Positions 33,581 to 45,772 of a stretch of DNA of 64,000 nt are shown here, in pieces. Numbering within the stretch: the stretch's first letter is position 1; every line of letters starts with the position of its first letter. A program made the translations under genes and the position numbers. The stretch covers positions 62,001 to 126,000 of the forward strand of contig JAWMAR010001797.1 of assembly GCA_036785375.1 (NCBI GenBank), written 5' to 3'. The notes under the pieces are model-generated. The model ran no database searches. It had not been told where the DNA came from and worked only from the letters and a program-made list of their open reading frames with translations. Origin of the DNA: Leucoraja ocellata. Taxonomy: Eukaryota.

Positions 33581-35743
33581 CTGTTCCCGTTTCCACCACA
33601 TGAACTGTCATCTCAATCCACATGCGATATTCCCTTGTTCTGAAATGATTAGCCATCTGGTCGACTTTAAAAGTACTCTTTCTGACCCTAAAACCCATCC
33701 TCTAGTTTTGGGGCGCCTTACATTTGGATATGCCTATTAGCCATCTACCCTATCCGTGCCGTACGTGTTTGGGTCAATGCATCGCTCAGCTGTGTTCTAT
33801 CCAGAGGAATACAGTTCTGGCCTATACAATCTCCCCTCATGACATGACCATCCCATCCTGGCAACGTTCTTTGGAGTATGGCCTGCTCCCACTCTGGCTT
33901 AACCCAATCACTTACATATTGTGCTTACCAGACGTGCACACAATAATTGAAATCCAGCCCAAGCAATGTTTTATTCAACTACAATAGACCTCAACTCTTT
34001 CAATCAGTACCGCTGCTGAGGGAGGCAATCATGCCACATGCATTCTACACGATCCTGTCTACCACTCTTCTCATTTTTAAAGAACAAATTGCTTTAATCC
34101 AAAATCCACAGCTGTTCAATGACCTGAACATGTCCCATTCCCTTTATTCCTGCTAGGTCTCATCAAGGAACCATCTTGGCCCCATTCTCATCTAGGTCCC
34201 ATTCCCATGTTGTTCGCCATACACCACAGAAACAATGAAGTCGCCGATCTCTTATATTGAGGTGATTACAGGATGTATATTTATTTGGTCTTGCATCTGA
34301 GAAAGATTCCTATTTTTTCTCCTTTAATTCCCATGCTCGCTGTTATGGAAAAATAGCACATTTCATAGTTCAGGTAGAGGATCCAGGGCCCGAAGCGTTG
34401 ATTGTGTATCTTTCCTCGGATGATATTAGAATCGACGAGCGTTTTCAACATTTTAAGTTGTTGTTGCACAGACTGCTTGTCATTCAATTGCTATATAGCG
34501 TTATCAGTATGCGTCTTGTTTGGTGGAAGGAATTATCCCTAATCTCACCTGTAGTGTTTCGCGTTGTTTTTTTTTCAGATTTTATTACAATTATTCGGTT
34601 GATATTAATTTTATTGCTATTAGAATTTTTTTGCTAGTCTCGTGTGGTTCAGTCATGGCAAACCTTTGTTTGGCAATGGAATATAAAAGGTGAAACCCAG
34701 CGCTAACTTGAGAATGACGTGCAATTGACATCCAAGTGTGGCATCAGATATATTCACAACATTTTCAACCAATGGCGAACATGACCAATGCATTCCGTTT
34801 AATTCAAGAAGACATAGATTCTATCCACCATGTCATCAAAACGTGTCCCATTCAAACTTTGCCTGGGTCATGTATGAAGTTGAACATTCACTGCAAACTC
34901 CAGCAGCAGAAATGAAACTCCAATTGCCTAAAAACATTACAAGTACTTTGGGCCACCCTGTTAACGTTCACTGAAAGGCCGTTTTACACGGTAAGTGAAG
35001 TACCAAGAGATTAGTGTTAACTGGGGCTCATTTTAAATCAGAACAAATCTGCGGATTAGTTAGTAATTCATTCATTTAGTTGCAAATTGCATTAACAAAA
35101 CCAATGAAAAAAAAACCCGAAAAACGAAACAGAGAATCTCAAGTTAAATAAGAATCAACAATTCACCTAATTTCCTGCGCAAAACCTCACACCGACACCT
35201 ATTTTCCATGCTTCCTACAATATCTGTCGGGGTCTGCTGTGTTATGTGCTAGTGAAGCTGCTGCAAGCAAGATTCACATTGCAGCAGTGCCTCTGCTTGC
35301 CTATGTATGCTCGTGTCAATAAACCTGGCTTGACCTGGGCGTGACGATGTATTTCTAAAACAATCACATTAAACAGGAAGTTGGTTCAACAATCGGCCAA
35401 TTGAAAGTATTATATTCTCCAAAATTTGAAAAGTGATAATGAAATTCCCTTACCAAAGAAGGGAAAATTATGTAGTCGTTGCATTAATATATTTTCTTAC
35501 TACCCTAATGTGCGACTGTAAAGGTTCAAACATCTGTAAGCAAAAATTATATATCCGATATGATGTGTGGCATCATAGAAACAATGATGTCATCTATGTT
35601 TTCGTTATGGAATTCTGAATGAACAGACAGAACGTGATAACGTTCTGGGGATCTCACTTTCGAAGTTAAGTGTAAAGAAAAGTTCCTTCTTCAAGATTCT
35701 TTTTAAAGAGGACGTTTTACAGATTCACGCCATTAAATGTATA

Positions 35744-35910
35744 GAAGAGCAGTACAGCTTTAAGAATTGCAGCTGCAGTTGTTGAAAAGGACTGGCCGTG
35801 TCGCTGTCTACCAATGAGAAGCTCAAGTATAGAGATGGATCCATTGTCCCTCCCACATCCCAGAATAAAAACGTCAGACGCGACGAGAGAAGCGAACAGT
35901 GTCTGCGTTT
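35744..35910 (+). promoter_or_regulatory. CSE-like promoter module, unit 6 (CGCT 35802-35805)
   Basis: Same conserved module. Confidence 0.8.
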
Positions 35911-36052
35911 AGATTGACGAAACAGGCATAGATTTCCCGTCTGTTTCGAGTCGGTATTGGGAATATCTGTGAATATTTATTTCGTGATTTGACCATTTGC
36001 ACGGATTACTCGAGGAGAGGCCCAGTGTTGGACTTTGACAGAGCGCGGTATA

Positions 36053-38440
36053 ATGGCGTACGTACCGAGGTTTGCCCTCATAGCATTTGCTTGCATATTT
36101 GCGATATGTGCACCAGGTCCTATCTCCGGGCAAATTCGTTATTCCATTCCCGAGGAAATGGAGCAAGGGGCATTTGTTGGGAATATCGCCGTGGATTTGG
36201 GCCTGAACGTACGGCAATTGTCAGCTCGCAAATTCCGACTGAGCTCTGATGACGGAGGGCGGTACATGAAGGTCAGTTTGGACAATGGAATCATGTCTAT
36301 TCGTGAAAAAATCGACCGGGATCGTATTTGTGGACAGAATGATAAATGTACTGTACATTTCGAAACAATATTGGAAAACCCCTTGGAGGTGTATCACGGG
36401 GAATTGGAGATTCTTGATGTAAATGACAATTCCCCCACTTTCCCGCAGAGCAGCATTGTCTTGCAGATATCGGAAGCTAGTGCACCCGGTGTACGTTTCC
36501 GACTCGAGGGGGCGGATGATCCCGACATTGGTACAAACTCCGTGACCGCTTACACAATCAGCTCCAGTGAGCACTTTATTCTAAAAACACAGAGAGCCGA
36601 AGACGGTATTATGATTGCCGAGTTGCTGTTAGGGAAATCTTTGGACCGAGAGCAGCAATCATCATTTCAACTCTTGTTTACGGCGACTGATGGTGGCACC
36701 CCTCAGAGATCAGCCACAGCTCAGATTATCATTACTGTATTGGAAATCAACGATAATCCACCTGTGTTCGATCATGATATTTACAGAGGCATCGTAAGTG
36801 AGAACGCGCCGCGGGGTACGTTGGTGCTGAAAGTCAAAGCAAATGATTTGGACGAAGGACTGAATTCGGAGCTGACGTATTGTTTTAGTGATATTTCTTT
36901 GATAAGAGCGCGAAAATTATTCAGTTTAGACCCAGTTACTGGGGAGCTTCGAGTCAAAGGGCTTCTAGATTTTGAACAAGTAAACAGCTATTCTCTGGAT
37001 ATTCGAGCCCAGGACCACGGTTCCCCTGCAATGACAGGACACTCCAAAGTACTGATCAAAGTCACTGATGTGAACGACAACGCACCTGAGATAAAGGTAC
37101 CATCACCTTGCAACAAAATCCCGGAAAAGGCGCCACCAGGAAGTTTCATATGTCTGATTAATGTGATGGATCGTGATTCTGGAGCGAACGGTCAAGTACG
37201 TTGCGAGTTAAGACAAAAGAACGTCCCATTTCGACTGCAAAAGGTATCGAACAACTATAAATTAACCACGAGTGAAACGTTGGACCGTGAAGCCATCCCT
37301 GAGTATAACATTCTTATTTCAGCCTGGGACTTGGGGTCGCCGTCACTCTCATCAAATACAACCATCCAGATTTCAATTTCGGACGTTAACGATAACGAAC
37401 CACAATTCACAGAGTCATCCTACAACATATATATAATGGAGAACAACGCTCCGGGTGTGTCCGTTTCCACAGTAACCGCAACAGATCCTGATCTGGATCA
37501 AAATTCCTATATTTCCTTCTCCTTTCTCGATAACCATATACACAATGTGCCAGTATCCACTTACCTCACTATCAATTCAATTAACGGCACTATTTACGCA
37601 CTGCGTTCCTTTGATTATGAGGAACTAAAAAACTTCCAGATCCATGTTCAAGCCCGTGACGCCGGGGTGCCTCCGTTGAGCAGCAGCGCCATGGTGAACG
37701 TGATCATCCTGGATCAAAATGACAACGCGCCGGTAATAATTTCACCTTCAGAACTAAGTGGGTCAGCAGCAGTGGATACCGTACCCCGGTCAGCAGGTCA
37801 AGGGTACTTGGTAAGCAAGATAATGGCAACTGATGCAGATTCTGGTCAGAACGCGCAGCTCTTTTATCAAATAGTGAAAACTACCGTCCCCGGTTTGTAC
37901 AACGTTGGACAGCATTCCGGAGATGTTAGAACAGCGCGCAATATTTTCCAGTCAGACACTGCTGTACAAACTCTTGTCATCTTGGTTAGGGACAAAGGGC
38001 AGCCAAGCCTGTCCAGCACAATTACAATGAACATTAGAGTTTTGGAGAACAGCACTGAAGGAATCAGCGAAAGCAGCACCTTGGTGAAGAATCCAGAATA
38101 TTTCTCTGATCCAAACGTTTATTTAATCGTCATTTTCAGTTGCACTTCCGTGGTCTTTCTTCTGATCATCATTCTGTTGATTGGTATCAAGTGCAAACAG
38201 GGCAGAAATATTACCCAAGAGTATAACTCCCCCAGTTATTGTTACAACGGCGGGGTTTCGCATGGCACGTTTAATGGAATATCTGCGATGGAGGAAACAT
38301 TACGTTATCATGGGGCAGGCCGGGTAGTGCGAGGACCAGAACCGAATCAATGCTCGGTCTGCCTGTCTCCAGAGTCAGCGAAAAGCGATTTTCTCTTCCT
38401 GAAGCCATGTGGTGCTCCCACCTCTCAAGGCCAATGCTAA
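36053..38440 (+). CDS. Clustered-type protocadherin, unit 6 (795 aa, single exon)
   Basis: ATG at 36053. Intact six-EC/TM/tail architecture. Confidence 0.95.
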   Translation: MAYVPRFALIAFACIFAICAPGPISGQIRYSIPEEMEQGAFVGNIAVDLGLNVRQLSARKFRLSSDDGGRYMKVSLDNGIMSIREKIDRDRICGQNDKCTVHFETILENPLEVYHGELEILDVNDNSPTFPQSSIVLQISEASAPGVRFRLEGADDPDIGTNSVTAYTISSSEHFILKTQRAEDGIMIAELLLGKSLDREQQSSFQLLFTATDGGTPQRSATAQIIITVLEINDNPPVFDHDIYRGIVSENAPRGTLVLKVKANDLDEGLNSELTYCFSDISLIRARKLFSLDPVTGELRVKGLLDFEQVNSYSLDIRAQDHGSPAMTGHSKVLIKVTDVNDNAPEIKVPSPCNKIPEKAPPGSFICLINVMDRDSGANGQVRCELRQKNVPFRLQKVSNNYKLTTSETLDREAIPEYNILISAWDLGSPSLSSNTTIQISISDVNDNEPQFTESSYNIYIMENNAPGVSVSTVTATDPDLDQNSYISFSFLDNHIHNVPVSTYLTINSINGTIYALRSFDYEELKNFQIHVQARDAGVPPLSSSAMVNVIILDQNDNAPVIISPSELSGSAAVDTVPRSAGQGYLVSKIMATDADSGQNAQLFYQIVKTTVPGLYNVGQHSGDVRTARNIFQSDTAVQTLVILVRDKGQPSLSSTITMNIRVLENSTEGISESSTLVKNPEYFSDPNVYLIVIFSCTSVVFLLIIILLIGIKCKQGRNITQEYNSPSYCYNGGVSHGTFNGISAMEETLRYHGAGRVVRGPEPNQCSVCLSPESAKSDFLFLKPCGAPTSQGQC

Positions 38441-38601
38441 ATTACGTCGATACGTAGATTAAGGAATGGTAATTTTGTGTGCGACCATTTTATTTCTGCT
38501 GAGGGATGTGAATCAGTGCGAGTGAAATATTTAAGAAAACGTTCTCTTGGTGCATTTTTTCTCTTTTTCGTTTAAATTGGTGTAAAGTTGTAATTGTCCA
38601 A

Positions 38602-38607
38602 AATAAA
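38602..38607 (+). terminator. Putative polyadenylation signal AATAAA, unit 6
   Basis: Positionally conserved among paralogs. Confidence 0.5.
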
Positions 38608-39548
38608 ATTTCCTGCAACTGGAATGAAAACATCATGAAATTGCATCTTTAAATTCCGAAGGCAGTATTTCTGCTTGTCACTGCAAAATGTGCACAGCCG
38701 CGTTGCCATTTAGCCAATTACGCAAATGACCGGGGTACCTGGAGCTACTTACGTGGCTGAAGTACTAATATGTGAAATTTGGGTTGAAGCTTTCTCTGGT
38801 GCATTCTACCGACATGTTCTTGAATAATTGTTTTTAGTTTGTGGTACAGACAGTACCTATATCAATAATCAGCTGGCGAAGGAAATAATTATGCTCATAT
38901 ATTAGAATCACAAGAGATTGCAGATGCTGGAATTTTGAGCTCAACATGCTGGAGGAAATCAGAAAGTCAGGCAGCATCTGTGGAGATAAACTGGCAGAAG
39001 ACGTTTGGTATCGAACCCTTGGTGACGAGAGGAGAGGAAGGTTGTTGGTTGCAAATGGTCGATCGTAAGGCTTGGAGCAACCGATAGCAAGTGGATCCAG
39101 GTGAGGATAGTAATTTTGGCAGTTGATTCATGTGGGGGACAGCATAGGTTGAGGTGAACTGGTTGAACCTCTATTCTTGGATGAAACTGAATGCCTTGAT
39201 ATCCTGATGTGGAATGAAAATGCAAGGCGACATCGTTCATGGTAAAAATGAGGATTGGCAAAACATTTGCACGTTGTTATTTGGTGGGGAGCATGTGAGT
39301 TGAGACGAGAAACACTGAACATGCGGTGCTGCACATGTGGGTCAAAGTAACATTCTATGTTGCGAAACGGGTAATTTGGCAAACTGACTAAGAGTTCAAA
39401 GACTATAGTTTGGAAGTAACAGAACAGTCGAGGAAGGTATTAATGGAATAAATGTTTTATCTCTGAGAGGGAGAGGAAAACGAGCGAATGTAGTCGTAAC
39501 CATGAGGCTCAGATTGTGCTTTTTGATATGTGTAACGTACTGCTAACA

Positions 39549-39738
39549 CCATCATCATCATCATCATCGTTTATTGTCATATTGCAAAGCAACGTTGTAC
39601 AGTACAAAATGAGAAGACGTTTCCCAGGGAATACCGGAGCATCGCACATAAAACTTAAACATTTCACGCATAAAATAAAAACAATAAAAAAAGAATCCAG
39701 TTCCTGATAAAACAGTACGAATAGTTTAAAAAAAGTGT
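39549..39738 (-). mobile_element. LINE 3' tail fragment with (GAT)n tail
   Basis: (CAT)n run followed by CGTTTATTGTC (AATAAAC on minus strand). Absent from paralogous spacers. Confidence 0.45.
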
Positions 39739-40554
39739 GGGTGTTTGTCATCTTCCACTCACTAGCTTTCACGTTCAATGCAATTCGAACATTTCGCTAC
39801 TGAGCATATATATACTTCCCTGCCTGATTAGTAGTTCAAATGTATCACTCCTTCATCGATCCCTATTCTGGTCTTCTGACCATACCGACCACTGACCGTT
39901 CTTTACAGTTTTCCATGAAACCACAAAACGTTTCACGTTCGTTATTTTACAGATTCCCTTCCACCATACAGGACGTGAAATTATCCCCGGTGAAGCAGTG
40001 ATTTGCTTTCTCTTCTCCCTATACAATTTAAGTATTGGTCTACCCAATGTGGCGAGTGTGTTGAAACACTGAGAGGATTGCGCCATTCTTTGCAGAGCAC
40101 GTCTGCAGTAAAGAAATATATTTTCCAGTTCCTTTTCAGTTTAATTCACAATTTCAGCATGAGCTGATGTTTTTGTCTCTGACTTGCAGGACTCCAGATC
40201 AAGCACGCTTGAAAAACAGCGTCTCATCTTCCATCTGTTAAAATGTCGGCTTAGTTCTTCATTCTATTTTGCATAGAGGTGTAGAACATAGAAACAGATC
40301 TGTCGGTACAACGCATCGACGCTGGCCACCATGTTTATCACAACGAATTCCATCCTTCCATAAATTCCATTTCAACCAATTCCCTGCACGTCACATTCCC
40401 ATTAAGTACATTTTTCATACTCATCCGTTCCCGTCTTCACCATCTACACTGACATCGCAGTCGAGATGCTATGTTCTCTTTATTTTCTGAAATGATTAGT
40501 CCCCCACACCCGGTCAGCTTTAAAACTCATCTCTCTGATCTTATATTTTTCTAG

Positions 40555-41641
40555 CTTTGTAGTTCTGACAAAGGATCCCAGTCTTGAAGCGTTAGTTGTA
40601 TTTCTTCCCTCAGATGATATCTGTCGATGGGTGTTTTCAGCATTTTCAGTTGTTGTCACACATGAAACTTCATATTTCACTGATTATCATTAATTACCAT
40701 TATTGTTAAATAATGATAGCAGAATTATTCTTGTTTGGTGGAAGACAGGCCGACAATAACAGCAATATGTATCTGAAATTCCGAATGGCGTTCACTGAAA
40801 CGCATTCAATTGCATCTCATTATCCTTGCATATCACGCTGTTTTGACACCAATGGTTTCCAGTATCACCCATCTATATTTTCTAGCTTTGGACGGTCCTA
40901 TAGTTGGAAATGCTATTGGCCATCTACTCTATCTGTGTCTCGCATGTTTCTGTATCTCTCTCATAACACTCCTCAACTGTTTTCAATCCAGGGATTCCAG
41001 ATCTTGACTTACAATCTCCCCTGATAATGTAAGCCTTCCTATCCGGGAAACCTCCTTGAGAGTCTGCTCAGCTCCTTCTGTGGCTTGACCAAATCCTTTC
41101 TGGTCTGTGCTACACACAATAATTCACAACTTTCTTCAAACCCTGTGTACCAGTGTTCCAATGTTTAAAGAACACCTTTATTTTACCCGCGACCCTGTCC
41201 GTTCAATAACACGAGCACGCCCATTTCCGTTACTATTAACCATGACCCACAGAAGCAAAAAGCATAACGTGCCCTAACAGCTGCTCCGAGTGTATATATT
41301 TATTTGGTCTCGGCCTCAAAGAGATTCATGTTTTCTCTGCTTTACCTCCCATTCTCAATCCCCCTGAAAAAAAATTAACATTTTAATTCCTTTGCAGTTC
41401 TGACAAAGGATCCCAGTCTTGAAGCGTTAATTGTATTTCTTCCCTCAGATGATATCTGAGTCGATGAGTGTTTTCAGCATTTTCAGTTGTTGTCACACAT
41501 GAAACTTCATATTTCACTGATTACCATTAATTACCATTATTGTTAATTAATGATAGTAGAATTATTCTTGTTTGGTAGAAGACAGGCCGACAATAACAGC
41601 AATATGGATCTGAAATTCCGAATGACGTTCACTGAAACGCA
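40555..41641 (+). repeat. ~250-bp near-identical direct repeat (40555-40804 and 41390-41641)
   Basis: CTTTG(T/C)AGTTCTGACAAAGGATCCC...GTTCACTGAAACGCA appears twice. Confidence 0.9.
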
Positions 41642-42450
41642 ATTTTACTGCAAACATCTGGCAACAAGATATTAGTGTTATCCAAGGCGTTTTTATAAAG
41701 ATCTATGATCTGTAGATCAATGGGCAATTGAGTCATTTATTTGCAAATTACGATATGGGAACTTTTGGAAAGAAAGAAAGAAAGAAGAAACGATGACTCA
41801 CAAGGTGAATAAGAATTCAAAAATTCACAAAATTTACCGCGCAAAACCTCACGCCCTATTTTTGTTTTACATTTTCCACAATATCCGTCGGGGCCAGTGG
41901 CGTTATGTGCCTGTGAAGTTCCTGCAAACACATTTTTACACTGCTGCAGCGCCTCACCTTCTCTGTGCATATGTCAACAAACGGCTTAATTTGGTCTTGA
42001 CGATACCTTTCTCCAAGAATCAAGCGACAAGCAGGAATTTGCTTCAACAATTGGTCAATCAAACGCACTATGTTCACGAACAATATCTGAAAGTGACAAT
42101 AACATTCACAATGTTATGCCCTTTGATCGATAAAGAGGTAAACTTTGCTTGAAAAGTATTGTGTTGCGAGGGGCATAATAATAAAGAAGGACTATACAGT
42201 CGTTAAATTAAAGTATATTGTTACTACCCTTAGGCGCAAATGTGAGTGGCCCAACATCTGTAAACGGAGACTATATTATCGATATGAAACGCTGCATCAT
42301 AGAAATACTGGTGCCATTTATTTGCTTGCTATTGCGTTCTGAGTGAAACGATTTCTCGGTCTAAATCCCATCTGAACACGTCTGCTGTGAATTGCGAAGC
42401 TAAACGCTGCAAACAAAAAGGAACTGTTGTTTTTGTCGAGTACTGTTTGT

Positions 42451-42504
42451 GTACACCATTACATATTAAGGAGAGCGATACAGCTTTAAGAATTGTAGCT
42501 GTAG
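42451..42504 (+). promoter_or_regulatory. Truncated promoter stub lacking the CGCT box (remnant of a deleted unit)
   Basis: GGAGAGCGATACAGCTTTAAGAATTGTAGCTGTAG matches the 5' half of the promoter module, then breaks into distal spacer sequence. Confidence 0.7.
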
Positions 42505-42894
42505 GTGATTAACGTCCTATCCTCTACGACATAAAGAACTTGCCCCATTCAAGCTTTGCCAGGATCTCATACGATGTTGTGGATCTCCAAGGCAGAAATG
42601 AAACTGCAATCGTCTGAACACATTACAAGTACGTTGGGCCACCTTACCACCTTACTGAAAAGGCCATTTTACAAGGGGAACACGGCATCAAAAGATTAAT
42701 GTTAACCAGGGTGTAATTTAAATGAGAAAAGACATGCAGATAAATGGGAAATTGCGTAATTGAATTGCAATAATGGAACCAATGGAAAGAAAACTAAGTG
42801 AAATGGAGATCCTCAAGGTACATAAGAATTCAAATATTTAGTACAATCCCGCCATTTTCAAGGGTATGTTTTTTGGTGCTGCATTAAATGTATT

Positions 42895-43060
42895 GGGGAG
42901 CGGTACAGCTTTAAGAATTGTAGCTGCAGTTGCTGAAAAGAACTGGTCGTGTCGCTGTCTACCAATGAGAAGCTCAAGTACGCAGATGGATCCATTGCCC
43001 CTCCCACATCCCAGAATAAAAACGTCAGTCGCGGCCAGCGAGGCTAGCAGTGCCTGGTTT
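42895..43060 (+). promoter_or_regulatory. CSE-like promoter module, unit 7 (CGCT 42953-42956)
   Basis: Same conserved module. Confidence 0.8.
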
Positions 43061-43216
43061 GGATTGCGGAATAAAGCTGAGGAGGATTGATATCCCATCT
43101 GTTTCGAATCGGTATTTAGAACATCTTTGATTTATTTTTAAATCTTGTGGTTTTAACCTTTTTTACGGATTACTCGGAGAGAGGCCTAGTTTTGGACATT
43201 GACTGAGCTCGGAACA

Positions 43217-45595
43217 ATGGCGTTCCTACCGAGGTTTGCATTCAATGTGTTTCTGTGCATGTTTACGATATGTGCACCCGGTCTAATTTCCGGGCAACTT
43301 ATTTATTCTGTTCCCGAGGAAATGAAGCAAGGAGCATTTGTTGGGAATATCGCTCAAGATCTGGGCCTGAACGTACCTCAATTGTCAGCTCGCAAATTCC
43401 GACTGGGCGCTGATGACGGAGGGCGGTACATGAAGGTCAGTTTGGACAATGGAATATTGTCTATTCGTGAAAGAATCGACAGAGAACGTATTTGCGGAGA
43501 AGCGGATGTGTGCATTATTCCTTTCGAAATAATATTGGAAAAGCCCTTGGAGGTGTACCGCGGAAAAATAGAGATTCGTGATGTAAATGACAATGCGCCC
43601 ACTTTCCCGCAGAGCAGCATTGCCCTTCAGATATCGGAAGCGAATGCACCCGGTGTACGTTTCCGTCTCGAGAGCGCGGATGATCCCGACATTGGAACAA
43701 ATACCGTGACCGCCTATACAGTCAGTTCCAGTGAGTACTTCAGTCTGAGGACACAGAAAACCGAGGACGATATTATAATTGCCGAATTGCTGTTGGAGAA
43801 ATCTTTGGACCGAGAGATACAATCATCATTTCAGCTCTTTCTGACTGCGACTGATGGTGGGACCCCTCGGAGAACAGGCACAGCTCAAATTCTCATTACT
43901 GTCTTGGACATCAATGACAATCCACCTGTGTTCGAACGTGATATTTACAGGGGCAGCATAAGTGAGAACGCACCGCATGGTACCTTGGTGATGAAACTCA
44001 AAGGAAATGATTTGGACGAAGGAGAGAATGCAAAGATAATATATTCATTTAGTGATGTTGCCTTGCGAAAAGTCGGTAATTTGTTCAGTTTAGACCCAGA
44101 GACCGGGGAGATTCGAGTTGGCGGGCAGCTGGATTTTGAAGAAGCAAACAGTTATTCTCTCAATGTTGAAGTAGTGGACCACGGCTCACCTGTAATGACA
44201 GGGCACTCCAAAGTGCTTATCAAAGTAATTGACGTGAACGACAATGCACCCGAAATAAAGGTGACATCAGCTTCCAACATAATCCCAGAAAATGCTCCTC
44301 CAGGAACTTTAGTAACGTTGATCAGTGTTTTGGATCGTGATTCTGGAGAGAACGGCCATGTTCGCTGCACGGTACCAAGGAACATACCCTTTAAACTACA
44401 AACAGCATCGGATCATTATAAATTAATTACCAGCGAAATGTTTGATCGTGAAGCGATATCTGAGTACAGAATACTTATTTCCGCCTGGGACTTGGGATCG
44501 CCTTCACTGTCCGCAAATATAACCATGAGTATTACAATTTCAGACATTAATGATAACGCCCCTCGGTTTGCTGAATCATCGTACAACATATACGTTATGG
44601 AGAATAACGCTCCGGGTGCGTCCATTTTCACAATAACAGCAACGGATCTCGATCTGGACCAGAATTCGCGTGTTTCTTATACTTTTCATGAGAATCAAGT
44701 CATAAACGCGCCAGCGTCCACCTACCTAACCATTAACTCAATGAACGGTACCATTTATGCGCTGCGGTCGTTTGACTATGAGAATCTCAAAAACTTCCAG
44801 ATCCACGTTCAAGCCCGTGACGCGGGGATGCCTCCGCTGAGCAGCAGCGCCAGGGTGAATGTGATCATCTTGGATCAAAATGACAACGCGCCGGTAATTG
44901 TTTCGCCGTCAGAACATAGTGGATCAGCAGCAGTGGAGACTGTGCCAAGGTCAGCGGGGCAAGGGTACTTGGTCACCAAGATAATGGCAACTGATGCAGA
45001 TTCTGGTCAGAACGCTCGGCTCGTTTATCAAATGGTGAAGTCTACCCATCCCAGTTTGTACAAAGTTGGGCAAATATCCGGTGAAATTAGAACAGCGCGC
45101 AACATCATGCAGTCAGACACTGCTGTAAGTCAGACAAGTCTGGTCATCTTGGTGAAGGACAATGGGCAGCCAAGCCTGTCCAGCACGGTCACAGTGAACA
45201 TTAAAGTTTTGGAGAACAGCACTGAAGGAATCGTGGAAAGAAGCAACTTATTGATGGAACCAGAATATTTATCTGATCCAAACGTTTATTTAATCGTGAT
45301 TTTCAGTTGTACTTCCGTTGTCTTTCTTCTGATCATTGTTCTGTTGATTGGCATCAAGTGTAAACAAGACAGAAATAACATTCAAGCGTATAACTCCCGC
45401 GGTTATTGCTACAATCCTGGCAATTCTCACGGCACGTTCAATGGAAGACTTGCCATAGAGGAAACTTTACGCAATCCTGGGACAGGACGTGTAGTCCGCG
45501 TGTCAGATCTTAATCAATACTCGGCCTGTCTTTCTCCAGAATCAGCGAAAAGCGATTTTCTCTTCTTGAAACCATGCGGCGCTTCCACCTCCTAA
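43217..45595 (+). CDS. Clustered-type protocadherin, unit 7 (792 aa, single exon)
   Basis: ATG at 43217. Intact architecture; stop is four codons earlier than in paralogs (..GASTS*). Confidence 0.95.
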   Translation: MAFLPRFAFNVFLCMFTICAPGLISGQLIYSVPEEMKQGAFVGNIAQDLGLNVPQLSARKFRLGADDGGRYMKVSLDNGILSIRERIDRERICGEADVCIIPFEIILEKPLEVYRGKIEIRDVNDNAPTFPQSSIALQISEANAPGVRFRLESADDPDIGTNTVTAYTVSSSEYFSLRTQKTEDDIIIAELLLEKSLDREIQSSFQLFLTATDGGTPRRTGTAQILITVLDINDNPPVFERDIYRGSISENAPHGTLVMKLKGNDLDEGENAKIIYSFSDVALRKVGNLFSLDPETGEIRVGGQLDFEEANSYSLNVEVVDHGSPVMTGHSKVLIKVIDVNDNAPEIKVTSASNIIPENAPPGTLVTLISVLDRDSGENGHVRCTVPRNIPFKLQTASDHYKLITSEMFDREAISEYRILISAWDLGSPSLSANITMSITISDINDNAPRFAESSYNIYVMENNAPGASIFTITATDLDLDQNSRVSYTFHENQVINAPASTYLTINSMNGTIYALRSFDYENLKNFQIHVQARDAGMPPLSSSARVNVIILDQNDNAPVIVSPSEHSGSAAVETVPRSAGQGYLVTKIMATDADSGQNARLVYQMVKSTHPSLYKVGQISGEIRTARNIMQSDTAVSQTSLVILVKDNGQPSLSSTVTVNIKVLENSTEGIVERSNLLMEPEYLSDPNVYLIVIFSCTSVVFLLIIVLLIGIKCKQDRNNIQAYNSRGYCYNPGNSHGTFNGRLAIEETLRNPGTGRVVRVSDLNQYSACLSPESAKSDFLFLKPCGASTS

Positions 45596-45766
45596 GCTAA
45601 ATTCCGCTGATGGCTTGTGTTAAGGAATACCATTTTATTTTTAATGCAGCCATTTTTGTCTGCCCACGAATATGAATCGGTGCGAGTGGAATATTAATGA
45701 AAACATTCCCTTGTTGCATATTGTCTCTTTCGCGTAATTGGGAGTAGACTATTTGTAATTGTCAAA

Positions 45767-45772
45767 AATAAA
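45767..45772 (+). terminator. Putative polyadenylation signal AATAAA, unit 7
   Basis: Positionally conserved among paralogs. Confidence 0.5.
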
